Assembly: GCA_963767925.1 (NCBI GenBank)
Contig: CAVYGB010000008.1
Coordinates: 1,152,001 to 1,216,000 of the forward strand
Reading direction: 5' to 3'
Source of the DNA: an uncultured delta proteobacterium
GTDB lineage: Bacteria > Myxococcota_A > Polyangia > Fen-1088
Length of the DNA stretch: 64,000 nt
Of this stretch, positions 1 to 9,098 are shown piece after piece. The position numbers and the translations under genes are program-made. The notes under the pieces are model-generated. The model saw nothing but the letters and a program-made list of their open reading frames with translations. It was not told the origin of the DNA and made no database searches. Numbering within the stretch: position 1 is the stretch's first letter; every line of letters starts with the position of its first letter.

Positions 1-1073
1 CGGGCGTTGCGCACCCCCAGGTCGAGGGGCAAACGCAGGGCGGCCGCTACCCCCGCGCCCCGTGAGTTGAAGGGATCGTTGAAGAACGCGTTCTGAGGAT
101 CGTCGATCGAGCTGGCGTAGGCCAGGGTGGCGCTGCCCACCAGCACCAGGTCGGGGTATTGTTTCCGGCGCTCGAGGTCGGCGAGGGCCCGCTTGCTGGC
201 CACCAGGTGTTCGAGGGCGCGCAGCTCGGGCCGAGCCAGCCGGGCCTGCTCCTCGTAGTGCGACAGGGTGCGCTGCGGGACGTTGAGCGGCTCGAGCGGC
301 TCGCCATCGATCTCGATGTCGGCGGGCGCGTCCGGTCCGATGAGCGCGCGCAGGCCGCCCCGGGCCTCGTCGGCCCCCTTTTGCGCCTCGAGCAGGCGCA
401 GCTCCACCTCGGCCTCCACAGTCAGCATCCGCAGCCGATCGGTCTGGGTAACGCTGCCGGTTCCCTCCTTGAGGTCCTTCTCGATCTGGGCCTGGGCCTC
501 CTGCAGGCGGCCCTGGCCCTCGTTGATGGTCTCCAGCACGGCCCGGGCCAGCTTGAGGCCGTAGTAGGCCCGCTTGACGTTGAGGGCGACCTCCGCGGCC
601 AGCCCGTCCTCGCGCTTGCGGGAGGCGGACAGCCCTTCGCGGGCGGCCTGGCGGCCGGCGGTGAGCTTGCCGAAGGTGAACAGGGGCTGGACCAGGCGGA
701 ATTCGGTGCGGGTGAAGATGCCCCGGAACTTCAGGGCCTCGCTGACGTCGTTGATATCCTTGAGGCTGGTGCTCGTGCAGTTCTCGACGCTGGGCCAGCA
801 GCGGATCTCCGGGACCGGCGCCAGCACGCTGAGCATCTCGCCGCTCGGCAGCCAGCTCCAGTTCGCCTCGTCGAGCTGGGCCTCCACCCGGGCGGTGGCC
901 CGGGCCCCTGCCGCCAGGCCCGGGTTGCTCTTGCGGACCAGGTCGAGGAGCTCGGGCAGGGTGTAGGCCCGCCCCGCCGCCGCCGGCCCCGCCAGGAGCC
1001 CGACCAAGACGAAGACCAATAACAAGACGAGGGCGAGACCGGAGAGGCGCGGACGGACCTGGCGGTGACACAT
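1..1073 (-). CDS. TolC-family outer-membrane efflux protein (3' end runs off the left edge)
   Basis: Not in the ORF track because there is no stop inside the window. Manual translation from ATG 1073: MCHRQVRPRLSGLALVLLLVFVLVGLLAGPAAAGRAYTLPELLDLVRKSNPGL...LVQPLFTFGKLTAGRQAA...EVALNVKRAYYGLKLAR. Signal peptide plus OEP-type motifs (NP.L, QPLF.FG, V..AYY). Confidence 0.8.
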   Translation of the reverse strand, partial: MCHRQVRPRLSGLALVLLLVFVLVGLLAGPAAAGRAYTLPELLDLVRKSNPGLAAGARATARVEAQLDEANWSWLPSGEMLSVLAPVPEIRCWPSVENCTSTSLKDINDVSEALKFRGIFTRTEFRLVQPLFTFGKLTAGRQAAREGLSASRKREDGLAAEVALNVKRAYYGLKLARAVLETINEGQGRLQEAQAQIEKDLKEGTGSVTQTDRLRMLTVEAEVELRLLEAQKGADEARGGLRALIGPDAPADIEIDGEPLEPLNVPQRTLSHYEEQARLARPELRALEHLVASKRALADLERRKQYPDLVLVGSATLAYASSIDDPQNAFFNDPFNSRGAGVAAALRLPLDLGVRNA

Positions 1074-1084
1074 GGTTCGAGGCG

Positions 1085-1096
1085 CAGTGTACACTG
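1085..1096. promoter_or_regulatory. Perfect 12-bp palindrome CAGTGTACACTG between divergent genes (operator or bidirectional -10)
   Basis: Seen directly; it places TACACT on both strands. Confidence 0.4.
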
Positions 1097-1137
1097 TGGT
1101 TTGACCCTCGCGGGCCCGCGTGCTACCGGAAGCGGTG

Positions 1138-1746
1138 ATGGACGCCACCGGTCGCGCTCCTCCGGAGCCGCCTTCGCTCTCGACGCCGCCGGCTTCCTCG
1201 ACGCCGCCGGCTTCCTCGACGCCGCCGGCTTCCTCGACGCCGCCGGCTTCCTCGACGCCGCCGGCTTCCTCGACGCCACGGGCCTCGCGGGTCGAGACGG
1301 CGAACCTGGTCCTGCCCGGACTGACCAACGCTCGCGGGAGCATCTTCGGGGGAATGTTGATGCAGTGGATCGACATCGCCGGCGCCATCGCCGCCGGCCG
1401 CCACGCCCAGGGTGCGGTGGTCACCGCTTCGATGGACCGGCTGCACTTCATGGAGCCGGTGCGGCTGGGGGCGGTGGTGATCATCCAGGCCCAGGTCAAC
1501 TTCGCGGCCCGGACCTCCCTCGAGGTCGGCGTGCGGGTGTTCGTGGAGGATCCCCGCACCGGCTCGCGCCTGCAGGCCACGCGGGCTTACCTCACCTTCG
1601 TGGCCGTCGACGAGGCCGGTCGCCCCCGGCCGGTCACGCCTCTCGTCCTCGAGGACGAAGAAGATCGGCGGAGGTTCGATCTCGCGGCCCGCCGCCGCCA
1701 GGATCGGCTGGCCGAGCGGCGGGAGATCGAGACGCGCCATGACTGA
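1138..1746 (+). CDS. Acyl-CoA thioesterase (hotdog fold, YciA-like)
   Basis: N..G.IFGG.LM.WID..G, VVTASMD..HF..P and LTFVAVD motifs. The start could be 1120, 1135 or 1138. Confidence 0.9.
   Translation: MDATGRAPPEPPSLSTPPASSTPPASSTPPASSTPPASSTPPASSTPRASRVETANLVLPGLTNARGSIFGGMLMQWIDIAGAIAAGRHAQGAVVTASMDRLHFMEPVRLGAVVIIQAQVNFAARTSLEVGVRVFVEDPRTGSRLQATRAYLTFVAVDEAGRPRPVTPLVLEDEEDRRRFDLAARRRQDRLAERREIETRHD
1179..1277 (+). repeat. In-frame 18-bp tandem repeat (CTCGACGCCGCCGGCTTC x5 plus a partial copy) encoding STPPAS
   Basis: Exact copies at 1179, 1197, 1215, 1233, 1251 and a partial copy at 1269. Confidence 0.95.
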
Positions 1747-2746
1747 GCGGGCCAATGTCAACGAGGTGACCAGCGGGACGACCGGCGAGGTGCTCGAGCG
1801 GGACGCCGCCCTCGTCGAAGGAGAGCCCTGGGAGGTGATCGGCGCCACCGGAGGGGACCGCATCGGTTTCCTGCACCGGTTGCTCACGGGGAAGATAGAG
1901 GGCGTGGCCGCGGGGCACGGGGGGCGCACCCTGCTGCTGACCACCAAGGGGCACACCGTCGCCGACCTCCTGTTCTTCGTGCGCGAGCAGGATCTGCGCC
2001 TGGTGGTCCCGCCCGGGCAGGGTGCGGCCACCGCGGCCGCCCTCACGCGCTACGCGATCATGGACGACTTCGCGGCCCGGTTTCAGCCGGAGCTCCGCCA
2101 GCTCGCGATCCACGGCCCGCGCGCCGCCGATCGCCTGCAAGCCGCCGGCGTGCCGGTGCCCGGGCCCCTGGCCGGCCCGGAAGAGTTCCTGCACGCCGAC
2201 GTGGAAGGTCCCGAAGGCCCCCTCTGGCTGGTCCGCCTCCGGGGGCTGGGAGCGCCCGGGCTGTGGGTCTTCGGCGCTCAGGATGCCACCGGAGCGCTGC
2301 GTGGCCGCCTCGAGCAGGCCGGGGTCCCGACCATCGACACCGCCCGGGCCGAGGCGCTGCGGATCGGGGCCGGTGAGCCCCGCTTCGGCGTCGAGATCAC
2401 GCCCGATTACTTTCCGATGGAGGTCGGGCGCAGCTCGGCCATCGACTACTCCAAGGGCTGTTACCTGGGGCAGGAGCCGATCGTCCGCATCCGCGACCGC
2501 GGCCACATCAACTGGCGGCTCGTCGGTCTCCGGCTCGGGCCGGGGGCGCAGGTGGCGGCCGACGACCGGCTGGAGACCGACAGCAAGCCCAAGGCGGGGC
2601 GGGTGACGAGCGCGGCGGTCCTGCCGGACGGCCGGCCGGTGGCCCTGGCCCTCCTGCACGTCAGCATTCCGGCGGGGGCCGAGGTCCGGGTCCGGCATGG
2701 CGAGGACCTGGCGCCAGCCGAGGTGGTCGCCCTCCCGGAAGACTGA
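1739..2746 (+). CDS. ygfZ: YgfZ/GcvT-like folate-binding protein
   Basis: Signature KGCYLGQE and N-terminal G.DR..FL..LLT. Confidence 0.85.
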   Translation: MTERANVNEVTSGTTGEVLERDAALVEGEPWEVIGATGGDRIGFLHRLLTGKIEGVAAGHGGRTLLLTTKGHTVADLLFFVREQDLRLVVPPGQGAATAAALTRYAIMDDFAARFQPELRQLAIHGPRAADRLQAAGVPVPGPLAGPEEFLHADVEGPEGPLWLVRLRGLGAPGLWVFGAQDATGALRGRLEQAGVPTIDTARAEALRIGAGEPRFGVEITPDYFPMEVGRSSAIDYSKGCYLGQEPIVRIRDRGHINWRLVGLRLGPGAQVAADDRLETDSKPKAGRVTSAAVLPDGRPVALALLHVSIPAGAEVRVRHGEDLAPAEVVALPED

Positions 2747-2793
2747 GCGGGGCTCTTTCGCTGCACCGGGGAAAGCTGCTAAATAGTCGCCGC

Positions 2794-2949
2794 ATGGGGA
2801 AACACGACAACCGCCGTTCGATGAAGATGCGCCGCCGCGTGGGGCAAAAGAAGCTCAAGGCCCGCATCAAGCGCCGCAAAGCAGCGCGGGCTCCCGCCAA
2901 GACCGTCGCCAGCAAGGCGCCCGCCAAGAAGAAGCCGGCCAAGGAGTAG
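2794..2949 (+). CDS. 51-aa Lys/Arg-rich small protein
   Basis: Manual translation MGKHDNRRSMKMRRRVGQKKLKARIKRRKAARAPAKTVASKAPAKKKPAKE; mostly G/C third positions; fills the ygfZ-mutS gap; below the ORF-track cutoff. Confidence 0.7.
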   Translation: MGKHDNRRSMKMRRRVGQKKLKARIKRRKAARAPAKTVASKAPAKKKPAKE

Positions 2950-2996
2950 GGCTGGCCCTGCGCCCCGAGCTGCGCCGACCGGGCGAGGCACGTGAC

Positions 2997-5654
2997 GTGA
3001 CCGAGGCCAAGGACAGCGGAGGCACCGGCCTCATGCGCCAGTACCTCGAGGTCAAGGCGCGCTACCCCGACGCCGTGCTGTTCTTCCGGCTCGGCGACTT
3101 CTACGAGATGTTCCTCGACGACGCCGTGCTGGCCGCGCGGTTGCTGTCGTTGACCCTGACCACCCGGGACAAGGGCAAGGAAGACCCGGTCCCGATGTGC
3201 GGTGTCCCGCACCACGCCGCGCGGGGCTATGTCCAGAAGCTGACCGAGCTCGGCTACCGGGTGGCCGTGTGCGAGCAGCTCGAGGATCCCCGTATGGTCA
3301 AGGGGATCGTCAAGCGGGATGTGGTCCGGGTGGTGACCCCCGGCGTGATCCTCGATGAGGAGTCGCTCGATCCCCGGACCCCCCACTTCGTGGCGGCGGT
3401 GACGGGCGACGCCCGGGCCGGGCTGGGCCTGGCCTTCATCGACGTGAGCACGGGCGACTTCCGGGCCACCGAGGCGGCCAGCTTCGAGGCCCTGCTCGAC
3501 GAGATGGCCCGGGTGGAGCCGCGCGAGCTGGTGGTTCCCCGCGCCGACCCGGCGCTGGCCGCCAGCTTGCGCCGGGCCTATCCGAGACTTCCCCAGAGCC
3601 CCGCGCCGGGCCGGGAGGGCGAGGGCCCCCGGCTGCTCCGGGAGGTGTTGCCGCCCGAGAACCTCGACGAGGCCCTGCTGCGGAAGTGGCCCCGCGCCAC
3701 CGCGGCAGCGGGCGACGTCCTGGCTTATGTCCGGGCCACCCAGCTCGCCACCCCGCTGCCGGTGTCCCGGCTGGAGTTCTTCGAGCGGCGCGACTACCTC
3801 GTCATCGACGAGCAGGCCCGCACCCACCTCGAGCTGTGCGAGACCATGCTCGAGCGGAAGCGGGACGGCTCGCTGCTGGAGGTCCTCGACGCCACCCGCT
3901 CGGCCCCCGGCGCGCGCTTGCTGCGCCGCTGGCTCCTGTTTCCCCTCATGCAGATCGGGCCCATTCGCCGCCGGCAGGACGCCGTCGAGCGGCTGATCGC
4001 CCGCCCCTCGGCCCGCGAGGCGGTGCGGAAGGTCCTCGGCGAGGTGGGTGACATCGAGCGGCTGGCCAGCCGGGCACGGCTGGGCCTGGCCACCCCCCGC
4101 GATCTGTTCGCCCTGGGACGGAGCCTGGGCCGCATGCCCGTGCTGGCTCAGGCGCTGGCCGCCTCGGGCGAAGATCTGCCGGTCACCGAGCCAGGTGAGG
4201 ACCTCCTGTCGCTCGGCGCCGACCTCGGCGCCGACCTCGCCACCCGGCTGACCACCACCCTCAGCGACGACGCGCCCGCCGCCACCAGGGAGGGAGGTTT
4301 CATCCGGCCCGGATATTCGCCGGCCCTGGACGAGCTGCGATCGCTGGCCGCCGGGGGGCGTGAGCGGGTGTCGGCCATCGAGGCCCGCGAGCGGGAGCGC
4401 ACCGGGATCAGCTCGCTGAAGGTCAAGTTCAACAATGTCTTCGGCTACTACATCGAGGTGACGCGGGCCAACCTGGGCAACGTCCCGGCCGACTACATCC
4501 GCAAGCAGACGGTGGCCAACGCCGAGCGCTTCGTCACGGCCGAGCTGAACGAATACGAGAGCCAGATCAGCAGCGCCGACGAGCGGCGGGTCACTCTCGA
4601 GCTGGAGCTGTTCGAGCGGCTCCGCCGGGAGGTCGGGGAGGCCGCTTCCCGGCTGCAGGCCCTGGCCGCCCGGGTGGCGGCAGTGGATGTCCTGGCCGGA
4701 CTGGCCGAGGTGGCCCACCGCCAGGGCTTCGTTCGCCCCCTCGTCGATGACTCGACGATCATCGCCCTCGAGCAGAGCCGCCATCCGGTTGTGGAACGGC
4801 TGGCCGCCGAGGGGGGCTTCGTCCCCAACGACATCCGGCTCGACGCCGAGCGGGAGCAGCTCCTGCTGGTGACGGGGCCCAACATGGCCGGCAAGTCCAC
4901 CCTCATTCGCCAGGTGGCGCTGGCGGTGATCCTGGCCCAGATGGGCAGCTTCGTGCCGGCGCGCTCGGCCAGGGTGGGGCTGTGCGACCGCGTCTTCACC
5001 CGGGTAGGCGCGGGCGACAACCTGGCCCGCGGTGAGTCGACCTTCATGGTGGAGATGCGGGAGACCTCCCACATCCTGCGCTACGCGACCTCCCGCAGCC
5101 TGATCGTCCTCGACGAGATCGGCCGGGGGACGTCGACTTACGATGGCGTCTCCATCGCCTGGGCGGTGGCCGAGCACCTGCACGAGCGGGTCGGCGCCCG
5201 CACGCTGTTCGCGACCCACTACCACGAGCTGTGCGCGCTGTGCGAGACGCACCCCCGGGTGGTGAACCTCAGCGTGGCGGCCCGCGAGTGGAAGGGCGAG
5301 ATCGTGTTCCTGCGCAAGCTCACCCCCGGGGGCGCCAGCCGCTCCTTTGGCGTCGAGGTGGCGAAGCTGGCCGGCCTGCCGCCCGAAGTGGTGGCCAGGG
5401 CCCGTGACATCCTGGGCACTCTCGAGCGCGGGGGGTCCAGCCCGGGTGGCCCCCGATCGGTGGCTCCTGCCGCCGGGACTACCCCTCAGCTCGGCCTCTT
5501 CGATGGCGGCGAATCGCGGGTTTCGAGCCGGACGGATGGCGTCACGGAGGAGGTGCTGCGCACCCTGCGTAGCGTCGATCTCGACGGGACTTCCCCCCGG
5601 GGGGCCTGGGAGCTCCTGGCGGAGCTGAGAAGAAAGTTGACGGACCCTGCCTGA
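2997..5654 (+). CDS. mutS: DNA mismatch repair protein MutS
   Basis: GDFYEMF, TGPNMAGKST, STFMVEM, DEIGRGTST and FATHYHEL motifs. Confidence 0.98.
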   Translation: MTEAKDSGGTGLMRQYLEVKARYPDAVLFFRLGDFYEMFLDDAVLAARLLSLTLTTRDKGKEDPVPMCGVPHHAARGYVQKLTELGYRVAVCEQLEDPRMVKGIVKRDVVRVVTPGVILDEESLDPRTPHFVAAVTGDARAGLGLAFIDVSTGDFRATEAASFEALLDEMARVEPRELVVPRADPALAASLRRAYPRLPQSPAPGREGEGPRLLREVLPPENLDEALLRKWPRATAAAGDVLAYVRATQLATPLPVSRLEFFERRDYLVIDEQARTHLELCETMLERKRDGSLLEVLDATRSAPGARLLRRWLLFPLMQIGPIRRRQDAVERLIARPSAREAVRKVLGEVGDIERLASRARLGLATPRDLFALGRSLGRMPVLAQALAASGEDLPVTEPGEDLLSLGADLGADLATRLTTTLSDDAPAATREGGFIRPGYSPALDELRSLAAGGRERVSAIEARERERTGISSLKVKFNNVFGYYIEVTRANLGNVPADYIRKQTVANAERFVTAELNEYESQISSADERRVTLELELFERLRREVGEAASRLQALAARVAAVDVLAGLAEVAHRQGFVRPLVDDSTIIALEQSRHPVVERLAAEGGFVPNDIRLDAEREQLLLVTGPNMAGKSTLIRQVALAVILAQMGSFVPARSARVGLCDRVFTRVGAGDNLARGESTFMVEMRETSHILRYATSRSLIVLDEIGRGTSTYDGVSIAWAVAEHLHERVGARTLFATHYHELCALCETHPRVVNLSVAAREWKGEIVFLRKLTPGGASRSFGVEVAKLAGLPPEVVARARDILGTLERGGSSPGGPRSVAPAAGTTPQLGLFDGGESRVSSRTDGVTEEVLRTLRSVDLDGTSPRGAWELLAELRRKLTDPA

Positions 5655-5780
5655 GGGGGCCCATCATGGCTACGCTAGAAGGGCGACCCAAACATGGCGA
5701 CCCTCGAGTCTCGACCTGGTATTTCCGATGCTTCAGATACCGGTGTTTCGATGAGCGACGGCCACCTCTCCCGTGGAGCG

Positions 5781-6539
5781 ATGACAGTGTCCAGGACGAC
5801 CCAGAAAGCGAGTCTCTTGCTGGTGCTGACGGCGATCGGTCTGGGCCTTCCCGGCCGGGCCTCGGCCGCCAGCTTGCCCCAGGGCGGGTCGGCCAGCGCC
5901 CGCGTCAATCTGGCCGCCGGGGCGAAGCGCAAGGCGCGGGTGCCCACGGTGGTGCTCTTCCACGTCAACCGCCGCGACACGTTGAGGCTGCGCCTGTTCG
6001 ACGATCGAGGCCGGCCGGTGGCCGGGCTCAGCCGCCGCCTCAACAACTTCTTCCGCTGCCACCACACGAACAAGCGGCACTCCATCAACCCGCGCCTGGT
6101 GCGCCTGCTGTACGAGACCGGGCGGCACTACGGCGATCGCCGCATCGAGGTGATCTCCGGCTACCGGCACCCCCGGGTAGCCAAGAATCCCCGTAGCCCC
6201 CACATGAAGGGCCTGGCCTGCGACCTGCGGGTGGCGGGGGTCAAGAACGCCGAGCTGCGGGACTTCCTGCGCCAGCGCTTCAAGAACGTCGGCGTGGGCT
6301 ATTACCCGAACTCGTCGTTCGTGCACCTCGACGTGCGCAAGGGCAACTCCGCCTTCTGGATCGACTATTCGGGGCCGGGCGAGACGGCGCTCTATTCGGA
6401 CGACCCCGCCTTCGACCTCATGACCGGCCGGGCCGAGAGCTGGAAGCGGACGACCATCGACCCCGACTGGGCCGAGTGGGACGGGAACGAGGACGAGGCC
6501 GAGCTGGCCGCGGACGGCTCGGACGACATCGCGCCCTGA
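5781..6539 (+). CDS. YcbK/DUF882 peptidase M15A family protein (MepK-like), exported
   Basis: ISGYR, S.HM.G.ACD and FVHLDVR zinc-binding motifs after a signal-like segment. Start uncertain (5694, 5751 or 5781). Confidence 0.85.
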   Translation: MTVSRTTQKASLLLVLTAIGLGLPGRASAASLPQGGSASARVNLAAGAKRKARVPTVVLFHVNRRDTLRLRLFDDRGRPVAGLSRRLNNFFRCHHTNKRHSINPRLVRLLYETGRHYGDRRIEVISGYRHPRVAKNPRSPHMKGLACDLRVAGVKNAELRDFLRQRFKNVGVGYYPNSSFVHLDVRKGNSAFWIDYSGPGETALYSDDPAFDLMTGRAESWKRTTIDPDWAEWDGNEDEAELAADGSDDIAP

Positions 6540-6616
6540 CCTCCGAAGCGGCGTTGTGAGCCGTCGGCGCGGGTGCTAAAACGCCTACCGCCCCGCCGAT
6601 TCAAGGAGGCCGCCCG

Positions 6617-7591
6617 ATGACTCGCACCGCCATCGCATTCTGGACCGCGCTGCTGGTCGCCCCCGCCGGGGCCCTCGCCGTGCCGAGCAAGGCGGCCAGA
6701 GCGGCCCGCGTGACCGTCGCGCCCGCCGCGGCGGCAGCCGAGATCACCAAGCTCAAGGGTGAGTTCAAGTGGGGCATGACCTCCGAGGAGGTCGTGCAGA
6801 AGGTGCAGGACCGGGTCCGAGCCTCCTTCCAGGAGCGGCTCGACAAGAGCGCCAACGATCCCACCCGCAACGATCGACTGCGCAAGGAGATGGTGGCCGA
6901 CACCGAAAAGCTCAAGGGCAAGGTGATCAAGTTCGACGATCAGAAGACGGGCTACGACGTCTCGATCGTCGACCAGGAGTTCCTGCGCAACGCCGGCGAG
7001 TCGATGCTCGTCGCCAAGGAAGACACCGCAACCCGGTACTTCTTCTTCAGCAGCGATCGCCTCTACAAGATGTTCCTGGCGTTCGACAAGGACATCCTGC
7101 AGGGCAAGTCGTTCCGGGACTTCGGCAAGCTGATGCAGAAGCGCTTCGGCAAGGCCCGCGAGGTGAACGTCCAGGAGAAGAGCAAGGCGGGGGTGCGGAC
7201 CAAGCTCGACCACTTCATCTGGAGCGCCAAGGACGGGGACACGCTCCGGCTGGTCGACCGCTCCGAGTTCTACGACGTCTACTGCCTCGTCATCTCCGAC
7301 CCGGCTGTCTCCCGGCAGCAGGAGGAGCTACGACAGGCCCGCGCGGCCGGCCCCAAGCCCGACAGCCTGATCGAGGCGGTCACCGCCCCGGGCAGCAACG
7401 AGCGCGACCCCAACGACAACATCATCGACCGGATCAGCGGCAAGGAGACGCCCAAGCCGGGCGAGCAGCGCCCCGAGGACGTCTCGGTCCCGGCCGTGAC
7501 GCCCCCCCCGGCCGACAAGCCGATCCAGCCGCCCCCCGTCCCGGCGCCCAACGCGCGTTCGCCCAGGCCCGCCCAGGACCCGCCCCTGTAG
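6617..7591 (+). CDS. Hypothetical exported protein with Pro-rich C-terminus
   Basis: AAGGAGG ribosome-binding site, signal peptide, strong coding-type codon bias. Confidence 0.8.
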   Translation: MTRTAIAFWTALLVAPAGALAVPSKAARAARVTVAPAAAAAEITKLKGEFKWGMTSEEVVQKVQDRVRASFQERLDKSANDPTRNDRLRKEMVADTEKLKGKVIKFDDQKTGYDVSIVDQEFLRNAGESMLVAKEDTATRYFFFSSDRLYKMFLAFDKDILQGKSFRDFGKLMQKRFGKAREVNVQEKSKAGVRTKLDHFIWSAKDGDTLRLVDRSEFYDVYCLVISDPAVSRQQEELRQARAAGPKPDSLIEAVTAPGSNERDPNDNIIDRISGKETPKPGEQRPEDVSVPAVTPPPADKPIQPPPVPAPNARSPRPAQDPPL

Positions 7592-7675
7592 TCCCGCCCC
7601 GGTCGACCCGCCGCCCAAGGTGGCAAGCAAGCTAGAGAGAACGGAAGCAGGGGGGCGTCCGGCCCGGCGCGGCGC

Positions 7676-7704
7676 TTGACAGGAGGTACCGGGGACCGCA
7701 TTAT
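7676..7704 (+). promoter_or_regulatory. Sigma70-type promoter of rpsT (TTGACA-17 nt-CATTAT)
   Basis: Consensus -35 with canonical spacing, upstream of a GAGG ribosome-binding site. Confidence 0.6.
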
Positions 7705-7730
7705 CTCCCCCTTTCGAGGAACAAGCGCAC

Positions 7731-7994
7731 TTGGCCAACATTCAATCGTCGGAGAAGAAGAACCGTCAGCGCATCACCCATGAGGCGCGCAACCGGGCCA
7801 AGAAGTCCGAGCTGCGTACTGCGGTGAAGAAGCTGCGTACCGCCCTCACCGCCAAAGATGCCTCCGAGGCCAAGGCGGCCCTCACCCCGGCCGTCCGGTT
7901 GCTCGATCGGGCAGGGCGGCGTGGGCTCGTCGAGCGCAACGCCAGCGCCCGCATCATCTCGCGGCTCACCCGCGCCGTGGGCTCGCTGAAGTAG
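7731..7994 (+). CDS. rpsT: 30S ribosomal protein S20 (TTG start)
   Basis: MANIQSSEKKNRQ...NRAKKSELRTAVKK...N.SAR..SRL. Confidence 0.97.
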   Translation: MANIQSSEKKNRQRITHEARNRAKKSELRTAVKKLRTALTAKDASEAKAALTPAVRLLDRAGRRGLVERNASARIISRLTRAVGSLK

Positions 7995-9027
7995 CCGGGC
8001 GGGCCGCCGCCAGCTCGGCCAGGGCGCGGACCAGCCGCGCCACCTGGACGTCCGGATCGGCGCGCGAGGATTTGAGGTTCCGGTCGGCCTGGTAGAGCAG
8101 CTCGAAGCTGCGAACCAGCGCCGCCTCCGACATGCGCCGGGCCGGCACGAGCACGTCGTCGAGGAAGTGGGGCGACAGGCCCACCCGGGAGGCCAGCTCC
8201 GACCGGGGTGCGCCTGCTGCCTCCAGCTCCTTGGCCCGCCAGATCTGCCGGAGCTGCCGCAGCAGCATGAACTGGATGCGCAGAGGCGGCTCGCGGTTGC
8301 GCAGCATGTTGCCAAGCAGCTCCAGGGCGCGCCGGGGCTGACCGGCGCCGATGGCCTTGGTCAGCTCGAACACACCCCGGGCCCGGCTCTCCGGGACCAC
8401 GGCCTCGACGTCCGCGGTCGTGACGGGGGCCTCCGCTCCGGCGTGCAGCGCGGCCTGCTCGAGGCAGAGGGACAGTCGCCCGAGATCCGGGCCGGTGGCC
8501 TCGGCCAGGGCGCGGGCCGCTTCCGGGTCGAGCCGCAGCCGGCGGCGGCGGGCCTCGGCCGCCAGCCAGTCCGGGAGCTGCCAGTCGCGCAGGGGAGGGA
8601 ACTCGTGCAGGAAACCTCCCTTGCGCAGGGCCTGTACGAACTTCAGCCGGCCGTCGATCCGCCCTGGCAGTACGAGCACCAGGCAGGTGCTGGGGTTCGG
8701 ATCGCGGAGGTACTCGAGCAGGGGCGCCTGCTGCTCGCCCGGCAGCTCACCGACGTCCCGGATGATCACCAGCCGCCGCCGAGCGAACATCGGCAGCGTG
8801 CGGGCGGCGTTCATCGCCGCGCCCAGACCGTGTTCCCGCAGATCGTAGACGTCGAGGTTGAGGTTGGATCCACCGACGGCGCCCTCCTCGCCGAGGACGG
8901 CACGCCGGAGCGCCGTCAGACAGCGCCCGACCAGGTACGGTTCCTCTCCGGTGAGGGCGTAGACGGGTGCGATCTCGCCGCGCTCGATGGCGGCCACCAC
9001 GTCATCGCTCTTGCCAGCCGGAGGCAC
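7966..9027 (-). CDS. holA: DNA polymerase III subunit delta
   Basis: PVY.L.GEE.YL, TLPMFA.RRLV, L..YL.DP and vFeL..AI motifs; classic convergent position next to rpsT. Confidence 0.9.
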   Translation of the reverse strand: MPPAGKSDDVVAAIERGEIAPVYALTGEEPYLVGRCLTALRRAVLGEEGAVGGSNLNLDVYDLREHGLGAAMNAARTLPMFARRRLVIIRDVGELPGEQQAPLLEYLRDPNPSTCLVLVLPGRIDGRLKFVQALRKGGFLHEFPPLRDWQLPDWLAAEARRRRLRLDPEAARALAEATGPDLGRLSLCLEQAALHAGAEAPVTTADVEAVVPESRARGVFELTKAIGAGQPRRALELLGNMLRNREPPLRIQFMLLRQLRQIWRAKELEAAGAPRSELASRVGLSPHFLDDVLVPARRMSEAALVRSFELLYQADRNLKSSRADPDVQVARLVRALAELAAARPATSASPRRG

Positions 9028-9098
9028 CGGGCCATGTACTACATTGGGCCGCGGCGCTTGGCCACCGAAAGCCGGGGCCTGCGGGTATGACCCAGACC

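Noticed and set aside
1179..1277. Possible CRISPR array (also 55095-55159)
   Set aside because: Units are head-to-tail 18-mers with no spacers, in frame within CDSs, and no cas genes are present.
2661..5252. Long antisense or alternate-frame ORFs (e.g. 863 aa here, 20168-22006, 30598-32418, 54818-56758, 58057-60210, 62350-63918)
   Set aside because: Shadow ORFs expected at high GC opposite well-supported genes; no domain motifs.
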